From Patescibacteria group bacterium (GTDB lineage: Bacteria > Patescibacteriota > Patescibacteriia > Veblenbacterales > UBA10138): 64,000 nt of DNA. The DNA is taken from positions 14,895-78,894 of the forward strand of contig JBAZOT010000003.1 of NCBI GenBank assembly GCA_041648575.1. The letters are read 5' to 3'. How positions within the stretch are numbered: the stretch's first letter is position 1; the number at the start of each line of letters is the position of its first letter. The position numbers and the translations under genes are program-made. Positions 31,844-41,449 of this stretch are shown in pieces. The notes under the pieces were generated by a model that was given only the letters and a program-made list of their open reading frames with translations, ran no database searches and had not been told where the DNA came from.

Positions 31844-32566
31844 CTAAAACGATTGAAATGATCGGACAATCTTATCCACCCAGCTAGCCCTACGCATTAA
31901 CTCGTTAGCTATCTGCGGTGCTTGACCCTCCATTACCTTCGCCTCCTCAATCAGTATATTCCTCATCTCAACATTGGTGAGACCAGAAACATCATACCAA
32001 GCCAACGCGGTATCCAGATAAGAAATATTACCTGGTTCCATGTATCGTTCTCCAGTAACAACACTACGCATACCGTCGCTATAGAAACTGAGATACAAAT
32101 TACCAACCATCACCGCCGAGCGCGAAGCTGATACCGTATCACCGCACTTGATGTATAAGTGATAAGCATACTCTGGAAAACTCTTTCTCCCATAACCATC
32201 ATCACAATGTGGTATCCCATAGTATGTTAAGTCTGCTAGGAGTAAGCCCCACCCCTGACGTCTCTTGAACCAGTATGGATCATCACAGGAACTATCACAT
32301 ATCTGATAAATCCTTCTCACTGTGTTTACAAACTCCCAACCACAATAAAATGGGTCATCGGTCCCTGAATAACCCCCTACATCAGTCCATGAATAATTAT
32401 CTGGGTTATATCTCATACCCTCCACAATCTTATACTCGACCAGATTCTTGACCAAAGTGCGATAAGACTGTTCAGGGGACTCTTGCTTTTCCTTGGCAGG
32501 TAAAGTGTTATTTATGACTAAACCAGCCACAGCCAAAAAGATAATGATTGTAAAGTACTTTTTCAT
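31844..32566 (-). CDS. secreted Cys-rich hypothetical protein (signal peptide, 7 Cys)
   Basis: MKKYFTIIIFLAVAGLVINNTLPA signal. Cys in FYCGW, CDSSCDD, PHCDDG, IKCGD. Monocistronic, with its own promoter and terminator. Confidence 0.6.
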   Translation of the reverse strand: MKKYFTIIIFLAVAGLVINNTLPAKEKQESPEQSYRTLVKNLVEYKIVEGMRYNPDNYSWTDVGGYSGTDDPFYCGWEFVNTVRRIYQICDSSCDDPYWFKRRQGWGLLLADLTYYGIPHCDDGYGRKSFPEYAYHLYIKCGDTVSASRSAVMVGNLYLSFYSDGMRSVVTGERYMEPGNISYLDTALAWYDVSGLTNVEMRNILIEEAKVMEGQAPQIANELMRRASWVDKIVRSFQSF

Positions 32567-32651
32567 ATAACACCTGTTTATTTTTGTTTAATAAATTCCC
32601 CATTATTTGGGACTTTTTTAAAGATCTTTACTGTTTTTACAATAACAATAC

Positions 32652-32680
32652 ATAATACGGCAAACTACTTTATTTGTCAA
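32652..32680 (-). promoter_or_regulatory. sigma70-like promoter TTGACA-17-TATTAT for the Cys-rich protein gene
   Basis: Minus-strand hexamers read directly, about 85 nt upstream of the start. Palindrome (b) lies about 35 nt further upstream. Confidence 0.55.
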
Positions 32681-32711
32681 TATCCATACTAAACTAGATT
32701 AAATCACCAAC

Positions 32712-32749
32712 TAGTCATTTACCCTTTCGCGCGAAAGGGTAAATGACTA
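32712..32749. repeat. Perfect 38-bp palindrome (b): TAGTCATTTACCCTTTCGC|GCGAAAGGGTAAATGACTA
   Basis: Perfect dyad. Inner core ACCCTTTCGCGCGAAAGGGT. Half-copy at 33082-33100 in front of the ArsR gene. Confidence 0.85.
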
Positions 32750-32777
32750 AAGAAATAATTTATGCATAAACAGTTAA

Positions 32778-33056
32778 TTAGCTAGTCTGACGGACTTGCT
32801 TAAGAAGCTGCTGCAACAAACTACTTAACCCCTCATCTAAACTATATAGACCTACGTATCCAAATTGCCTGCGTTCTAAAAACCCCACTTGCCGCAATAG
32901 CACTAAGTGTTTAGAGGTGGACTTAAATGATAGATGAATCGCCGTCGCAACGTCACCTACTGTCCGCTCTTTACCATCGGACAACAACCTTAGTATCTCC
33001 AGCCGCTTTCTCGCACCCAGCGCCCGGTAAACCTTTTCTAACTCTCGTAGACGCAT
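32778..33056 (-). CDS. ArsR/SmtB-family winged-helix transcriptional regulator
   Basis: ...YRALGARKRLEILRLLSDGKERTVGDVATAIHLSFKSTSKHLVLLRQVGFLE...: ArsR HTH signature. Confidence 0.8.
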   Translation of the reverse strand: MRLRELEKVYRALGARKRLEILRLLSDGKERTVGDVATAIHLSFKSTSKHLVLLRQVGFLERRQFGYVGLYSLDEGLSSLLQQLLKQVRQTS

Positions 33057-33081
33057 GTTGGTAGTATATCATATTTACTGA

Positions 33082-33100
33082 TTCGCGCGAAAGGGTAAAT
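33082..33100. promoter_or_regulatory. Half-site TTCGCGCGAAAGGGTAAAT of palindrome (b) overlapping the ArsR promoter region (likely autoregulatory operator)
   Basis: 19/19 identical to the right arm of 32712-32749. Lies 25-45 nt upstream of the arsR-like ATG next to a TATACT -10-like hexamer. Confidence 0.55.
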
Positions 33101-33120
33101 AATCATATAAACCAACACAT

Positions 33121-33960
33121 TTACAAACTAAATAAATTTCTCGCATTTTGAGTTGTAACCCTAGCCAGCTCGTCTAAACTTATATTTTTCAATTCAGCTA
33201 TTTTCTTTGCCACCTCCACTATATACGCCGGCTCGTTGCGGGTGCCCCGATAAGCTTGGGGGGCCAGATACGGCGCGTCTGTTTCTACCATTATCCTATC
33301 AATTGGAGTTTCTTTTACTACTTTTAACAATCCCGGACTGGCATTTTTAAAAGTAATAATTCCGGTAAACGATAATAAAAATCCTAAATCTAAAAATTGT
33401 TTAGCTTGCTCTTGGGTACCTAAAAAACAATGAGCCACGCCCTTTTTTGATAATCTACCTTTGTCTAATTCTTGTTTTAAAATCATCAACAAATCATCAT
33501 AAGCTTCACGGCAATGAATAATAACAGGTAAATTAAGTTCGTCGGCTAAAGTAATATGCTGCCTAAACAATTCTTGTTGCTTTGTTTTAACTTCTGTCTT
33601 ATCAACGCCATCTGGAAAACGATAATAATCCAATCCACACTCCCCTATGGCTACCACTTTACTACCAGAACCACGTGCTAAAGCAGAATATCTTGATGGA
33701 TTAAAAACCTCGGCCCGAGTTTTAAAATAAATTTCTTCCTCATCCACTTCTTGCTCAAATAAATGAATGGGATGAAGCCCAATCGCGGCATATAAATTAT
33801 CATGTTCCTGTGCTAATTTTACTGCCCGCTCCGATGTGTCCCATTGACTGCCAAGATTAATAATACAAGTCACACCAGCACGATGAGCTCGTTTAATTAC
33901 CTCATCAGTATCATTCTTAAACGCATTAAAATTCAAATGGCAGTGAGTATCAATCAACAT
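33121..33960 (-). CDS. tatD: TatD-family metal-dependent deoxyribonuclease
   Basis: MLIDTHCHLNF start. TatD motifs. Confidence 0.9.
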   Translation of the reverse strand: MLIDTHCHLNFNAFKNDTDEVIKRAHRAGVTCIINLGSQWDTSERAVKLAQEHDNLYAAIGLHPIHLFEQEVDEEEIYFKTRAEVFNPSRYSALARGSGSKVVAIGECGLDYYRFPDGVDKTEVKTKQQELFRQHITLADELNLPVIIHCREAYDDLLMILKQELDKGRLSKKGVAHCFLGTQEQAKQFLDLGFLLSFTGIITFKNASPGLLKVVKETPIDRIMVETDAPYLAPQAYRGTRNEPAYIVEVAKKIAELKNISLDELARVTTQNARNLFSL

Positions 33961-33963
33961 TTA

Positions 33964-34497
33964 TTAAATAGACAAATTAACATTAGGAATGTATGGTTGT
34001 ATTTTTTCGAGAACTTCCGGTAATAATGGGATTAAAACTCCGGCAAACATAATTAAATCTTGGGCAATATCAGAATTAGCTATAGCTTGAGTAATTGATA
34101 ATGGCAAGTCAACTGATCCGGAAAAATATAAAACTAAGCCCAAGGTTAAACCACCCTCTACCAACCCCAGCACCGCACCACCTAAATGATTAATAGTTTT
34201 TAAAAATGGAATAAAGCTGACAAAACGAAAAGTACGATCCAAAATATAAAAACCAAAACCAACCAAGCGATTAATCACTATAAATAATATAAGAAAAATT
34301 ATAATTTTAATCCATCCTGAATCATAACCAATCCAATTGACAACTAAATCAAAAATTGGCAGATAAAGTCGTCCAGCAATAAACGCACCAGCAATTGTCC
34401 CCACTAAAGCTCCGAGTGTATGAATAAAACCAAACCAAAATCCAAACCAAACAAAACCAAACAAAATAAGAAGTAAAAATGCATCAAAAATTCCCAT
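33964..34497 (-). CDS. CvpA-family membrane protein
   Basis: MGIFDAFLLLILFGFVWFGFWFGFIHTLGALVG... typical CvpA N-terminus, 4 TM. Confidence 0.7.
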   Translation of the reverse strand: MGIFDAFLLLILFGFVWFGFWFGFIHTLGALVGTIAGAFIAGRLYLPIFDLVVNWIGYDSGWIKIIIFLILFIVINRLVGFGFYILDRTFRFVSFIPFLKTINHLGGAVLGLVEGGLTLGLVLYFSGSVDLPLSITQAIANSDIAQDLIMFAGVLIPLLPEVLEKIQPYIPNVNLSI

Positions 34498-34508
34498 AAA
34501 TGTTATTA

Positions 34509-35948
34509 TTAGTTAGTTAATCGCGGAAATAATGGCTCCGCTTTAGTAATTTTATCAGCAAATAGCGCCCGTTGAATAGTCTTGGCAGTTTCGGGCATAA
34601 AGGGTAATAACAATTCGGCTACCAATTGTAATTTTGCAACACTTTCTCCTAAAAATATTTTAACTTCATCAATTTTACCCGCTTTAAAAAGTAGCCATGG
34701 CTTGTGGTTGTCAATTGATTGATCAATTTCCCTACTTAAACCAAAAATATAATTAAGCGCCCCATTAAAATTTAGTGAATTAATATAATCATCTATACTA
34801 CCCCTAACCGGTGAAGATTTTTTTATACCATACTGTTCCACCATATTAGTAACTCGAGAAAAAGTATTGCCCAGACCATTAGCCAAATTGCTATCGTAAC
34901 GCTCTCGAAAACGAGCTAAAGAAATATCGCTATCATTTGCAAAAGATAATTGCGATAAAATAAGATACCTAGTGGCATCAAGGCCAAATTGCTTAATCAA
35001 ATCAGCAGGATCAATAACATTGCCTAAAGATTTGGACATCTTCTGGCCATCAACAGTAAAAAAACCATGTGCGGCCACTACTTTGGGTAAATCTAATCCA
35101 GCTGCCAATAAAAAAGCTTCCCAAATAACTGCATGAAACCATAAAATATCTTTTCCTAATAAATGAACCTGAGCAGGCCAAAAACCTTTTGCTTTCTGGA
35201 TAAATTGAGTTGCCGAATAATAATTAACTAGAGCATCTATCCATACATAAACCGTTTGTGTTTTGTCCCAGGGTATTGGTACACCCCAACTTACTTCGGA
35301 TCGTGAAATTGAAACATCATCTAATCCTTTTTTTAATTTTCCTACTATTTCATTTTTTCGTTCTTCAGGAACAATCTGGTATTTACCTTGGTTTATGGCA
35401 TTAAGTAACTCTTCTCTAAAAGCCGATAGTTTGAAAAAATAATTTTTTTCCTTTTGCTTAACTGGTTTATCTTTGGGATGTAATGGACATACATTGTTAA
35501 TCAAATCATCAATCTGTAAAAATTTCTCACAACCGATACAATAAAGCCCTTCATATTCCCCATCATAAATAAATCCGCGATCATAAATTTTCTGCAATAA
35601 TTCCTGCACTATTTGTTGGTGTTCCGGTTGAGAGGTACGAATAAAATCATCATGAGACAACCCGAGGATTTTCCAAGCCTGTTTAAAAGTTTGGGAAATT
35701 TTATCTGTAAATTCTTCAGGTGTTAAACCAGCAGCCTCGGCCGCCTGTTGAACCTTGGCGCCATGCTCATCAGTTCCAGTTAAAAAAAATACTTCATCCC
35801 CCCTATCTCGATGCCAACGCGCTAAAACGTCAGCACATAAAGTGGTATAAGCATGCCCCAGGTGTGGTTTATCATTCACATAATAAATAGGAGTGGTGAT
35901 ATAATATTTACTCATATTTTTATTTACCTTCTGTATTAACAATAACAA
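34509..35948 (-). CDS. metG: methionine--tRNA ligase (short form)
   Basis: HLGHAYTT (HIGH) and KMSKSLGN motifs. The real start is probably MSKYYITTPIYYVN. Confidence 0.95.
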   Translation of the reverse strand: MLLLIQKVNKNMSKYYITTPIYYVNDKPHLGHAYTTLCADVLARWHRDRGDEVFFLTGTDEHGAKVQQAAEAAGLTPEEFTDKISQTFKQAWKILGLSHDDFIRTSQPEHQQIVQELLQKIYDRGFIYDGEYEGLYCIGCEKFLQIDDLINNVCPLHPKDKPVKQKEKNYFFKLSAFREELLNAINQGKYQIVPEERKNEIVGKLKKGLDDVSISRSEVSWGVPIPWDKTQTVYVWIDALVNYYSATQFIQKAKGFWPAQVHLLGKDILWFHAVIWEAFLLAAGLDLPKVVAAHGFFTVDGQKMSKSLGNVIDPADLIKQFGLDATRYLILSQLSFANDSDISLARFRERYDSNLANGLGNTFSRVTNMVEQYGIKKSSPVRGSIDDYINSLNFNGALNYIFGLSREIDQSIDNHKPWLLFKAGKIDEVKIFLGESVAKLQLVAELLLPFMPETAKTIQRALFADKITKAEPLFPRLTN

Positions 35949-36594
35949 CGAATTCGCCCTTGGTCGAGCTGGCCTGCAGTTGTTTTAAAATTTCCGTCGC
36001 AGTTCCACGATAAATAGTCTCAAATTTTTTTGTTAATTCCCGCGCCACAATTAAGCTTCGGGCGGGTATAATTTCGGATAATACTTCAAGCGTTTTAACT
36101 ATCCGATAAGTTGATTCATAAAAAATAACTGGCGAAGAACTAGCAGCTACTCGTTTAAAAAAAGTTTGCCGGCCTTTTTTGTGAGGCGGCCAACCAAAAA
36201 AATAAAATTCCTGTAAATTTATACCAGCAATGGAAATGGCACAAGTTAAAGCCGATACCCCAGGTATAGGCACAATAGTAATTCCCTGTTTAACCGCTTG
36301 TTCAACCAATTTACCACCCGGATCAGCCAACCCTGGCGTACCAGCATCTGTAACATAAGCGAATACGCTGCCCTTTATTAATTTATTAACAAATACATCT
36401 AACTCCGCTTGTTTTGAGTGTTGATGTAAACTAAATAACTGTTTATGAATATCAAAACGCTCGAGTAATTTACTGGTTACTCTTTTATCTTCACAAATTA
36501 TTGCATCAACCTGTTTTAAAACATCCCTAGCCCTAAAAGTCAGGTCAGCTAAATTACCAATAGGTGTTGCTACGACATACAAAACTCCAGCCAT
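35920..36594 (-). CDS. rsmI: 16S rRNA (cytidine1402-2'-O)-methyltransferase
   Basis: LYVVATPIGNLADLTFRARDVLKQVDAIICEDKRVTSKLL tetrapyrrole-methylase fold. RsmI signature. Confidence 0.85.
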   Translation of the reverse strand: MAGVLYVVATPIGNLADLTFRARDVLKQVDAIICEDKRVTSKLLERFDIHKQLFSLHQHSKQAELDVFVNKLIKGSVFAYVTDAGTPGLADPGGKLVEQAVKQGITIVPIPGVSALTCAISIAGINLQEFYFFGWPPHKKGRQTFFKRVAASSSPVIFYESTYRIVKTLEVLSEIIPARSLIVARELTKKFETIYRGTATEILKQLQASSTKGEFVVIVNTEGK

Positions 36595-36603
36595 GATATT
36601 AAC

Positions 36604-37686
36604 TTAAGGTATTTTATCAGAAGTTGTCTCCTCGGTTTCCAATTTTTGATCACTAGTTTGCCAACCTTCAAAAAAATCAGAAACAAATACCGCAATAGCA
36701 GTGGCTAAAGGAATAGACAAAATCGCGCCCATAATTCCACCTAATTTTACGCCAACCAATATCACTACTATTGATATTATTGGGTTTAAACCAACCGCTT
36801 TCCTCATAATAGTCGGCACAATAATATTGTTCTCTAATTGCTGCACTACTACATAAAGAACAACAATTAATAAACCTTGAATTGGTGAAATAGTAAAAGC
36901 AAGAAAAACAGCTGGTATGGCTCCAATTATTGGACCGACAAAGGGAATAATTTCTGTTAAACCAGCCCACAACGCCAACACTAAGGCATATTCCATACCA
37001 AATAATTTTAGACCAATATAAGTCAACGCTCCAATAATTAACATTAATAACAATTGCGCCCGAAACCACAAACCCAGCTTGATATTTATCCTGCTCATCA
37101 ACTGCATAATGTATGGCTGATACTTAGCTGGTGTAATGGACCGTAAAAATCGTTTAAGACCGTTTTCTTGCACAATCAAATAAAAACTAATTACTAAAAT
37201 TACCACCAACTGAATCAATCCGCCAAAAATAGAAGTGACAGTAGAAAAAATTGAGTTAGCAGTACTGGCCAGTGTTGCGCCGATATTTTCTAAAAATGAT
37301 CTGATGGTTGCGGCCGACTCTATATCACTAGAATGTTGTATGGCTGATAGTCCACTAACTGCTTTAATATAATAATTGGGCAAAGCAGAAGCCAACTGCT
37401 GTATTTGCTGAACCAGTGGCGGTATTAATAAAAAAACTACCAATGAAATTATTAAAAAAATTGCCAAATAAATAGCAATCAATGATACGGCACGAGGTAT
37501 TCGATGTCGTTGTAATGAATCTACCCAAGGCCCCAAGGCAGCCGCTACCACAACTGATACAAATAACAGCCCTAAAATATCCAGGATCATATATAACAAA
37601 TAGATTAACAGAATAACTAAGGCCACTTTTACTATGGAGCCAATAGAAATGGTTAATGATGAAGTGTTAGATAATGGTCTTTGCAT
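36604..37686 (-). CDS. AI-2E family (PerM-like) transporter
   Basis: 8 TM. ...IPFVGPIIGAIPAVFLAF... AI-2E signature. Confidence 0.75.
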   Translation of the reverse strand: MQRPLSNTSSLTISIGSIVKVALVILLIYLLYMILDILGLLFVSVVVAAALGPWVDSLQRHRIPRAVSLIAIYLAIFLIISLVVFLLIPPLVQQIQQLASALPNYYIKAVSGLSAIQHSSDIESAATIRSFLENIGATLASTANSIFSTVTSIFGGLIQLVVILVISFYLIVQENGLKRFLRSITPAKYQPYIMQLMSRINIKLGLWFRAQLLLMLIIGALTYIGLKLFGMEYALVLALWAGLTEIIPFVGPIIGAIPAVFLAFTISPIQGLLIVVLYVVVQQLENNIIVPTIMRKAVGLNPIISIVVILVGVKLGGIMGAILSIPLATAIAVFVSDFFEGWQTSDQKLETEETTSDKIP

Positions 37687-37701
37687 AAGTGTTTAATTAA
37701 A

Positions 37702-38970
37702 TTATTTTAACCAAGAAACAAATTTTTTAGCCTCTTTAAAAGGCCCAATCATAGCTAAAGTATAACATTTGGGATCAATAATTGCACGCGCCACCCGCTG
37801 TAAATCTAATGCAGTGATTTTTTGAATCCTATTGATTAATTCAGCTGGCAGCTCTAATTTATGCTCCAGTAGTATTTGTCTACCTATCAATTCAGCCACA
37901 CTAGCCGAATCTTCCAATGAGAGTAATAATTTTCCTTTAACAAAATCCTTGGCCTTGGTTATTTCTGTTAATGGAATTTTTTCTATTCGCAGTCGCTCTA
38001 ATTCTTGACGGATTAAAGTTACAGCCCTGGATAACCTGTCTTTATCCAACCCAGCTTGAATAGCCAAAACACCAATACCTTCATAGGCAGATAATGATGC
38101 TCTTATAAAATAACACAAACCTTCTTGCTCTCTTAATCGAGAAAATAAACGCGAACTCATGTTGCCGCCTAGAATCACTGCTAATAATTCAGCAATTAAA
38201 ATGTCGGGGTGACGTAATGATAAAGCCGGTAATCCTAATGATAGCTGTATTTGTTTGGTATCTTTGTATTTTACAACTACCTTTGGCTGCCTAATCTTAA
38301 TAATTTGTTTGCCAAATTTTGGTTTTATACCAACACCAGTATTTTTTCCAAAATATTTATTTATCAACTGAAGTGCCTGTGAATTACTTTTTCCCGATAC
38401 AACTAGTAGCATATTTGAGGGGTGATAATATTTTTTCAAATAATCATGAACCGCTGGCTTGGTTAAAGACCGTACTGATTCTCGCGAACCGCTTATTAAT
38501 CGTCCCAAGGTTTGGCCTTTAAACATTTCGCCCTCAAGTAAATCTTCTACATACAATATTGGATTGTCTTCATACATATTTATTTCCTGAACAATAACTT
38601 CTTTTTCTCGCGCCATTTCTTGTTTATCTATCAATGGCTGCCAAACCAATTCCGATAACACTTTAAGTATAGTTTCAAAATGTTCAGCCGCTGCTTTAAT
38701 ATATAAACCTGTAACCTCTTTACCGGTATAAGCATTAAAATCTGCCCCTAAACCATCAATTAAATGAGTAAGCTCTTTTGAGGTTGGCCAGGTTTTAGTA
38801 CCTTTAAAAACCATGTGCTCTAAAAAATGTGAGACACCTGCTTGATTATTTTTTTCTAGACGCGATCCGGTATGTACCAAAACCAAAACCGTCACCGCTT
38901 CGGTTGAACCAAGATCAGCGATGACTACTGGCAGCTTATTTGCCAAACTATAACGTTTTTTTATTTTCAT
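37702..38970 (-). CDS. M16-family (insulinase/pitrilysin) zinc peptidase
   Basis: Inverted zinc motif HFLEHMVFKGT. Confidence 0.85.
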   Translation of the reverse strand: MKIKKRYSLANKLPVVIADLGSTEAVTVLVLVHTGSRLEKNNQAGVSHFLEHMVFKGTKTWPTSKELTHLIDGLGADFNAYTGKEVTGLYIKAAAEHFETILKVLSELVWQPLIDKQEMAREKEVIVQEINMYEDNPILYVEDLLEGEMFKGQTLGRLISGSRESVRSLTKPAVHDYLKKYYHPSNMLLVVSGKSNSQALQLINKYFGKNTGVGIKPKFGKQIIKIRQPKVVVKYKDTKQIQLSLGLPALSLRHPDILIAELLAVILGGNMSSRLFSRLREQEGLCYFIRASLSAYEGIGVLAIQAGLDKDRLSRAVTLIRQELERLRIEKIPLTEITKAKDFVKGKLLLSLEDSASVAELIGRQILLEHKLELPAELINRIQKITALDLQRVARAIIDPKCYTLAMIGPFKEAKKFVSWLK

Positions 38971-40392
38971 TTAAATAAAAGAATATTTTTCATTAAAGTA
39001 GCCTAACAGGTCGCTAATTACCACCCGCTCCTGCTTCATGGTGTCGCGATCGCGTACCGTTACTTTATTGTCGGTTAAACTTTCAAAGTCAACCGTGACA
39101 CAATAAGGCGTACCAATTTCATCTTGCCGGCGATAACGACGCCCGATAGAGGATATTTCATCGTAATCAACCATAAAACTAGAGGATAAAACCTGCCAGA
39201 TTGATTGAGCAACTTTACTAAGTTCTGGTTTTTTGGAAAGTGGTAAAACTGCAGCCTTATAAGGCGCTAAGTCTTTATGAAGTTTAAGTACTACTTCGGT
39301 CTCTTTGGTAGATTCAGTAGTAGTAGTACGCCCGCCCTCAATTTCAGTATAAGCGTCAACTAAAAACGCTAAAGTTGCCCGATCAGCCCCACCCGAAGTT
39401 TCAATTACCCAAGGAGTATATTTCTCACCTGTTTCTGTATTATGATATTTTAATTCCTTGCCGGAAAATTTCTCATGTCGTGAAAGGTCCCAATCGCCCC
39501 GATTATGAACTCCTTCTAATTCCTTAAATTCCGCATCGCCAGCAAAAGGAAATCTATAATCAATATCTACAGCGCGTTTGGCATAATGAGCTAACTCATC
39601 CTTTTTGTGTTCTCGAATATTAAGGTGCTCTGATTTAATGCCATAAGCCTTATACCACTCTTGTCTTTGTTTTAACCAATACTCAAACCACTTATCAGCG
39701 TCTTTAGAATTTATAAACCACTGCATTTCCATTTGTTCAAACTCCCGCGTACGAAAGATAAAATTTCCTGGCGTGATTTCATTGCGAAAAGCCTTGCCAA
39801 TTTGAGCAATACCAAAAGGAATTTTCTGTCGCGTGGTATTAACCACGCTATCATAATCAACATAAATACCCTGAGCTGTTTCTGGCCGCAAATAAAGCTG
39901 CGCTGCATCTCCCTCCACTGGACCCATAAAAGTCTTGAACATTAAATTAAAATCGCGTTTACCAGTTAATTCTCCATTGCATTCAGGACATTTTAATTCA
40001 CTAACGTCGCGTGGTATTTCTTTATCCCATTTAGGATAAAGGCTACGGAAATCTTCTAATAAATGATCAGCGCGAAACCTTTTTTTACATGATTTACAAT
40101 CCACCAGTGGGTCGGTAAAACTTTGAATATGACCCGATGCCTCCCAAACCTTGGGGTGCATTAAAATTGCTGAATCTAACCCCACAATATCCTGATGTTG
40201 TTGCACCATCGTTTTCCACCAAGCTTTTTTAATATTGTTTTTCAGCTCCACCCCCAGCGGCCCGTAATCATAACAAGAATTAAGCCCGCCATAAATTTCT
40301 GATGAAGGAAAAATAAATCCCCGCCTTTTTGCGAGGCTGACAATTTTCTCCATTTTATCTTGAACTGAAGATGTTTTATTGACTTTAACCAT
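38971..40392 (-). CDS. glyQS: glycine--tRNA ligase (alpha2 type)
   Basis: ...IYGGLNSCYDYGPLGVELKNNIKKAWW... class II GlyRS. Anticodon-binding C-terminus. Confidence 0.95.
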   Translation of the reverse strand: MVKVNKTSSVQDKMEKIVSLAKRRGFIFPSSEIYGGLNSCYDYGPLGVELKNNIKKAWWKTMVQQHQDIVGLDSAILMHPKVWEASGHIQSFTDPLVDCKSCKKRFRADHLLEDFRSLYPKWDKEIPRDVSELKCPECNGELTGKRDFNLMFKTFMGPVEGDAAQLYLRPETAQGIYVDYDSVVNTTRQKIPFGIAQIGKAFRNEITPGNFIFRTREFEQMEMQWFINSKDADKWFEYWLKQRQEWYKAYGIKSEHLNIREHKKDELAHYAKRAVDIDYRFPFAGDAEFKELEGVHNRGDWDLSRHEKFSGKELKYHNTETGEKYTPWVIETSGGADRATLAFLVDAYTEIEGGRTTTTESTKETEVVLKLHKDLAPYKAAVLPLSKKPELSKVAQSIWQVLSSSFMVDYDEISSIGRRYRRQDEIGTPYCVTVDFESLTDNKVTVRDRDTMKQERVVISDLLGYFNEKYSFI

Positions 40393-40476
40393 AGTGTCTT
40401 TACTTTAATAAATTTTATGGTTTTTGGCAAATAAAAAACTCTTTAACAATATATGACAATTGCCCATTATCTATTA

Positions 40477-41445
40477 TTACTCAATTAACTTCTTAAACTT
40501 TTCCACCATTGGCACTTGTTCTGCTTCTACTCCATAAGATTGTGCTAAATAATATGCTGTCCAGTCTGCTAACAATAACGAGGAAAATACCTTTTGTAAG
40601 TGTGAATCACCTTGTAATTTAATTATTTTAACAGGAAACTTTCTATCTTTATATAACTTTTCTAATACTTCCATTCTGGTTTGAATACGTTCATTATCAT
40701 CATCATCTAGTAAAAAAATAAAAAAATACTTTTTGGATAAAGCACGTGTAGAGCCAACCGCATCAAAACCCGTCATCTCATTATGATTCATTTCCGGCAA
40801 AATATTATAAAAAGCAGGAATTTTTCCTGTCTCATTTAATTTTATTTTCCAGCTATAAGCAATTATTTGATTACGAAATGAACTGTAAATAACTGGCACA
40901 TATTCATGGAGTGTTTGTGCCAATTCTTTTCCTACTGGTTCCAACGCTTCGGGATTAAGCAAACGCAACAATGAATTGGATTGTTTAATTAACTGATCTT
41001 CACCCATTGCTTTCAATATCGCTCGGTAATTAAAACCTAATGCCATGCGCGGTTGAATGCCGGTGTTGGGAATGATAATTCTAGGAACTTTGTATTCCTC
41101 AGCTAATTCATGCAACTTGCCATTAATAGATATTGCCAAACGCTGGTATTTTAATTGTCCAGCGCAATTAAAACCGTCCAACGGCTCTTCCGTATTTCCA
41201 GAGTAAGATACAAATATAGTTAGGGTTTTTGACTGTTTATTTTTAGGAATAAAAGGCAACCCGTAATCAGGATGGGTGACGAGTGGTAATTCGGGATTTA
41301 AGGACTTTACTAAATTAGCAGCCAACAGTGACCCCCCAATACCACAGGCCACAAAATTGTTAAAATTTTTGGTATTACAAACAGGATCTATTCGCGGATT
41401 AAACAAAAACTGTTTGGGAAAATTTAAAATAGCTTCGCGCATCAT
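40477..41445 (-). CDS. SIS-domain bifunctional phosphoglucose/phosphomannose isomerase-like protein
   Basis: ACGIGGSLLAANL and VSYSGNTEE SIS motifs. Confidence 0.6.
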   Translation of the reverse strand: MMREAILNFPKQFLFNPRIDPVCNTKNFNNFVACGIGGSLLAANLVKSLNPELPLVTHPDYGLPFIPKNKQSKTLTIFVSYSGNTEEPLDGFNCAGQLKYQRLAISINGKLHELAEEYKVPRIIIPNTGIQPRMALGFNYRAILKAMGEDQLIKQSNSLLRLLNPEALEPVGKELAQTLHEYVPVIYSSFRNQIIAYSWKIKLNETGKIPAFYNILPEMNHNEMTGFDAVGSTRALSKKYFFIFLLDDDDNERIQTRMEVLEKLYKDRKFPVKIIKLQGDSHLQKVFSSLLLADWTAYYLAQSYGVEAEQVPMVEKFKKLIE

Positions 41446-41449
41446 AAAT

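Noticed and set aside
36677-37069. Minus-strand 130-aa Cys/Trp-rich ORF.
   Set aside because: Out-of-frame overlap with the AI-2E transporter gene on the same strand. Composition-driven artefact.
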